This document shows, piece after piece, positions 34,403-34,837 of a DNA stretch of 34,837 nt. This stretch comes from Octopus bimaculoides (Eukaryota), in the NCBI RefSeq assembly GCF_001194135.2, contig NC_069000.1, positions 3,404,512-3,439,348 of the forward strand. The letters run 5' to 3'. Made by a program: the position numbers and the translations under genes. The notes under the pieces were generated by a model, which made no database searches, was not told where the DNA came from, and was given only the letters and a program-made list of their open reading frames with translations. The number at the start of each line of letters is the position of its first letter. Positions within the stretch are counted from its first letter, which is position 1.

Positions 34403-34800
34403 AAAACTACAGAACACGTCTAAATATGCACGCATAACCAACTTTAATCACTTTATTTATTTTAATTCACTATGCTTATTTCTTCTCACTAATCTAGTTT
34501 TCGAATTTTTGTGTATATATGTACTCCTCCCACCGAAAGCTGAACAGTTATCTCCCCTACCCACAATCATCACGATAACCAATTACCTCCTCTTAGATTT
34601 TTCTTCTCGTTGAATCATTCACTCATAAATTTCACACACAACATGGCCAAAACATTTCTTCTTAAGAAAATAAGTATTTAAATAAATTTTGAAGTCATGA
34701 CTAGCGAAAGCTAAACCGGTCGACAAATACAATACAAGATATATTAAAAATCATATTAAAACTATGTAAAGTTTGTGCATTTTCCTTCTTTAGTTTCTTA

Positions 34801-34837
<37 letters not shown>

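Overview
Gene-poor, AT-rich eukaryotic draft-assembly window with 13 N-gaps and dense (TA)n/(CA)n/(GA)n/(AAT)n microsatellites. Repeat content looks like an Octopus-type cephalopod genome (inference, not verified). No confident host CDS; most ORF-track entries are artefacts of microsatellites or N-runs. Recognisable content is mobile DNA: a 5'-truncated R4/Dong-type RLE retrotransposon (26262-27163, -), a decayed Penelope-like RT (33750-34402, -), a mariner 3' end (6946-7166, -), two diverged CCHC-knuckle ORF1/gag-like remnants fused head-to-head with no ORF2 (31529-33400), about 20 copies of two tRNA-derived SINE families (labelled A and B here), and a long-TIR MITE-like element. Less obvious signals: several decayed hammerhead-ribozyme-like motifs, some in islands embedded in (TA)n tracts; a recurrent SINE-B dimer junction; and weak but consistent hints of a minus-strand transcription unit (microexon candidates, a dual AG|GT site, a purine-tract strand bias). 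All alignments and folds were done by eye.
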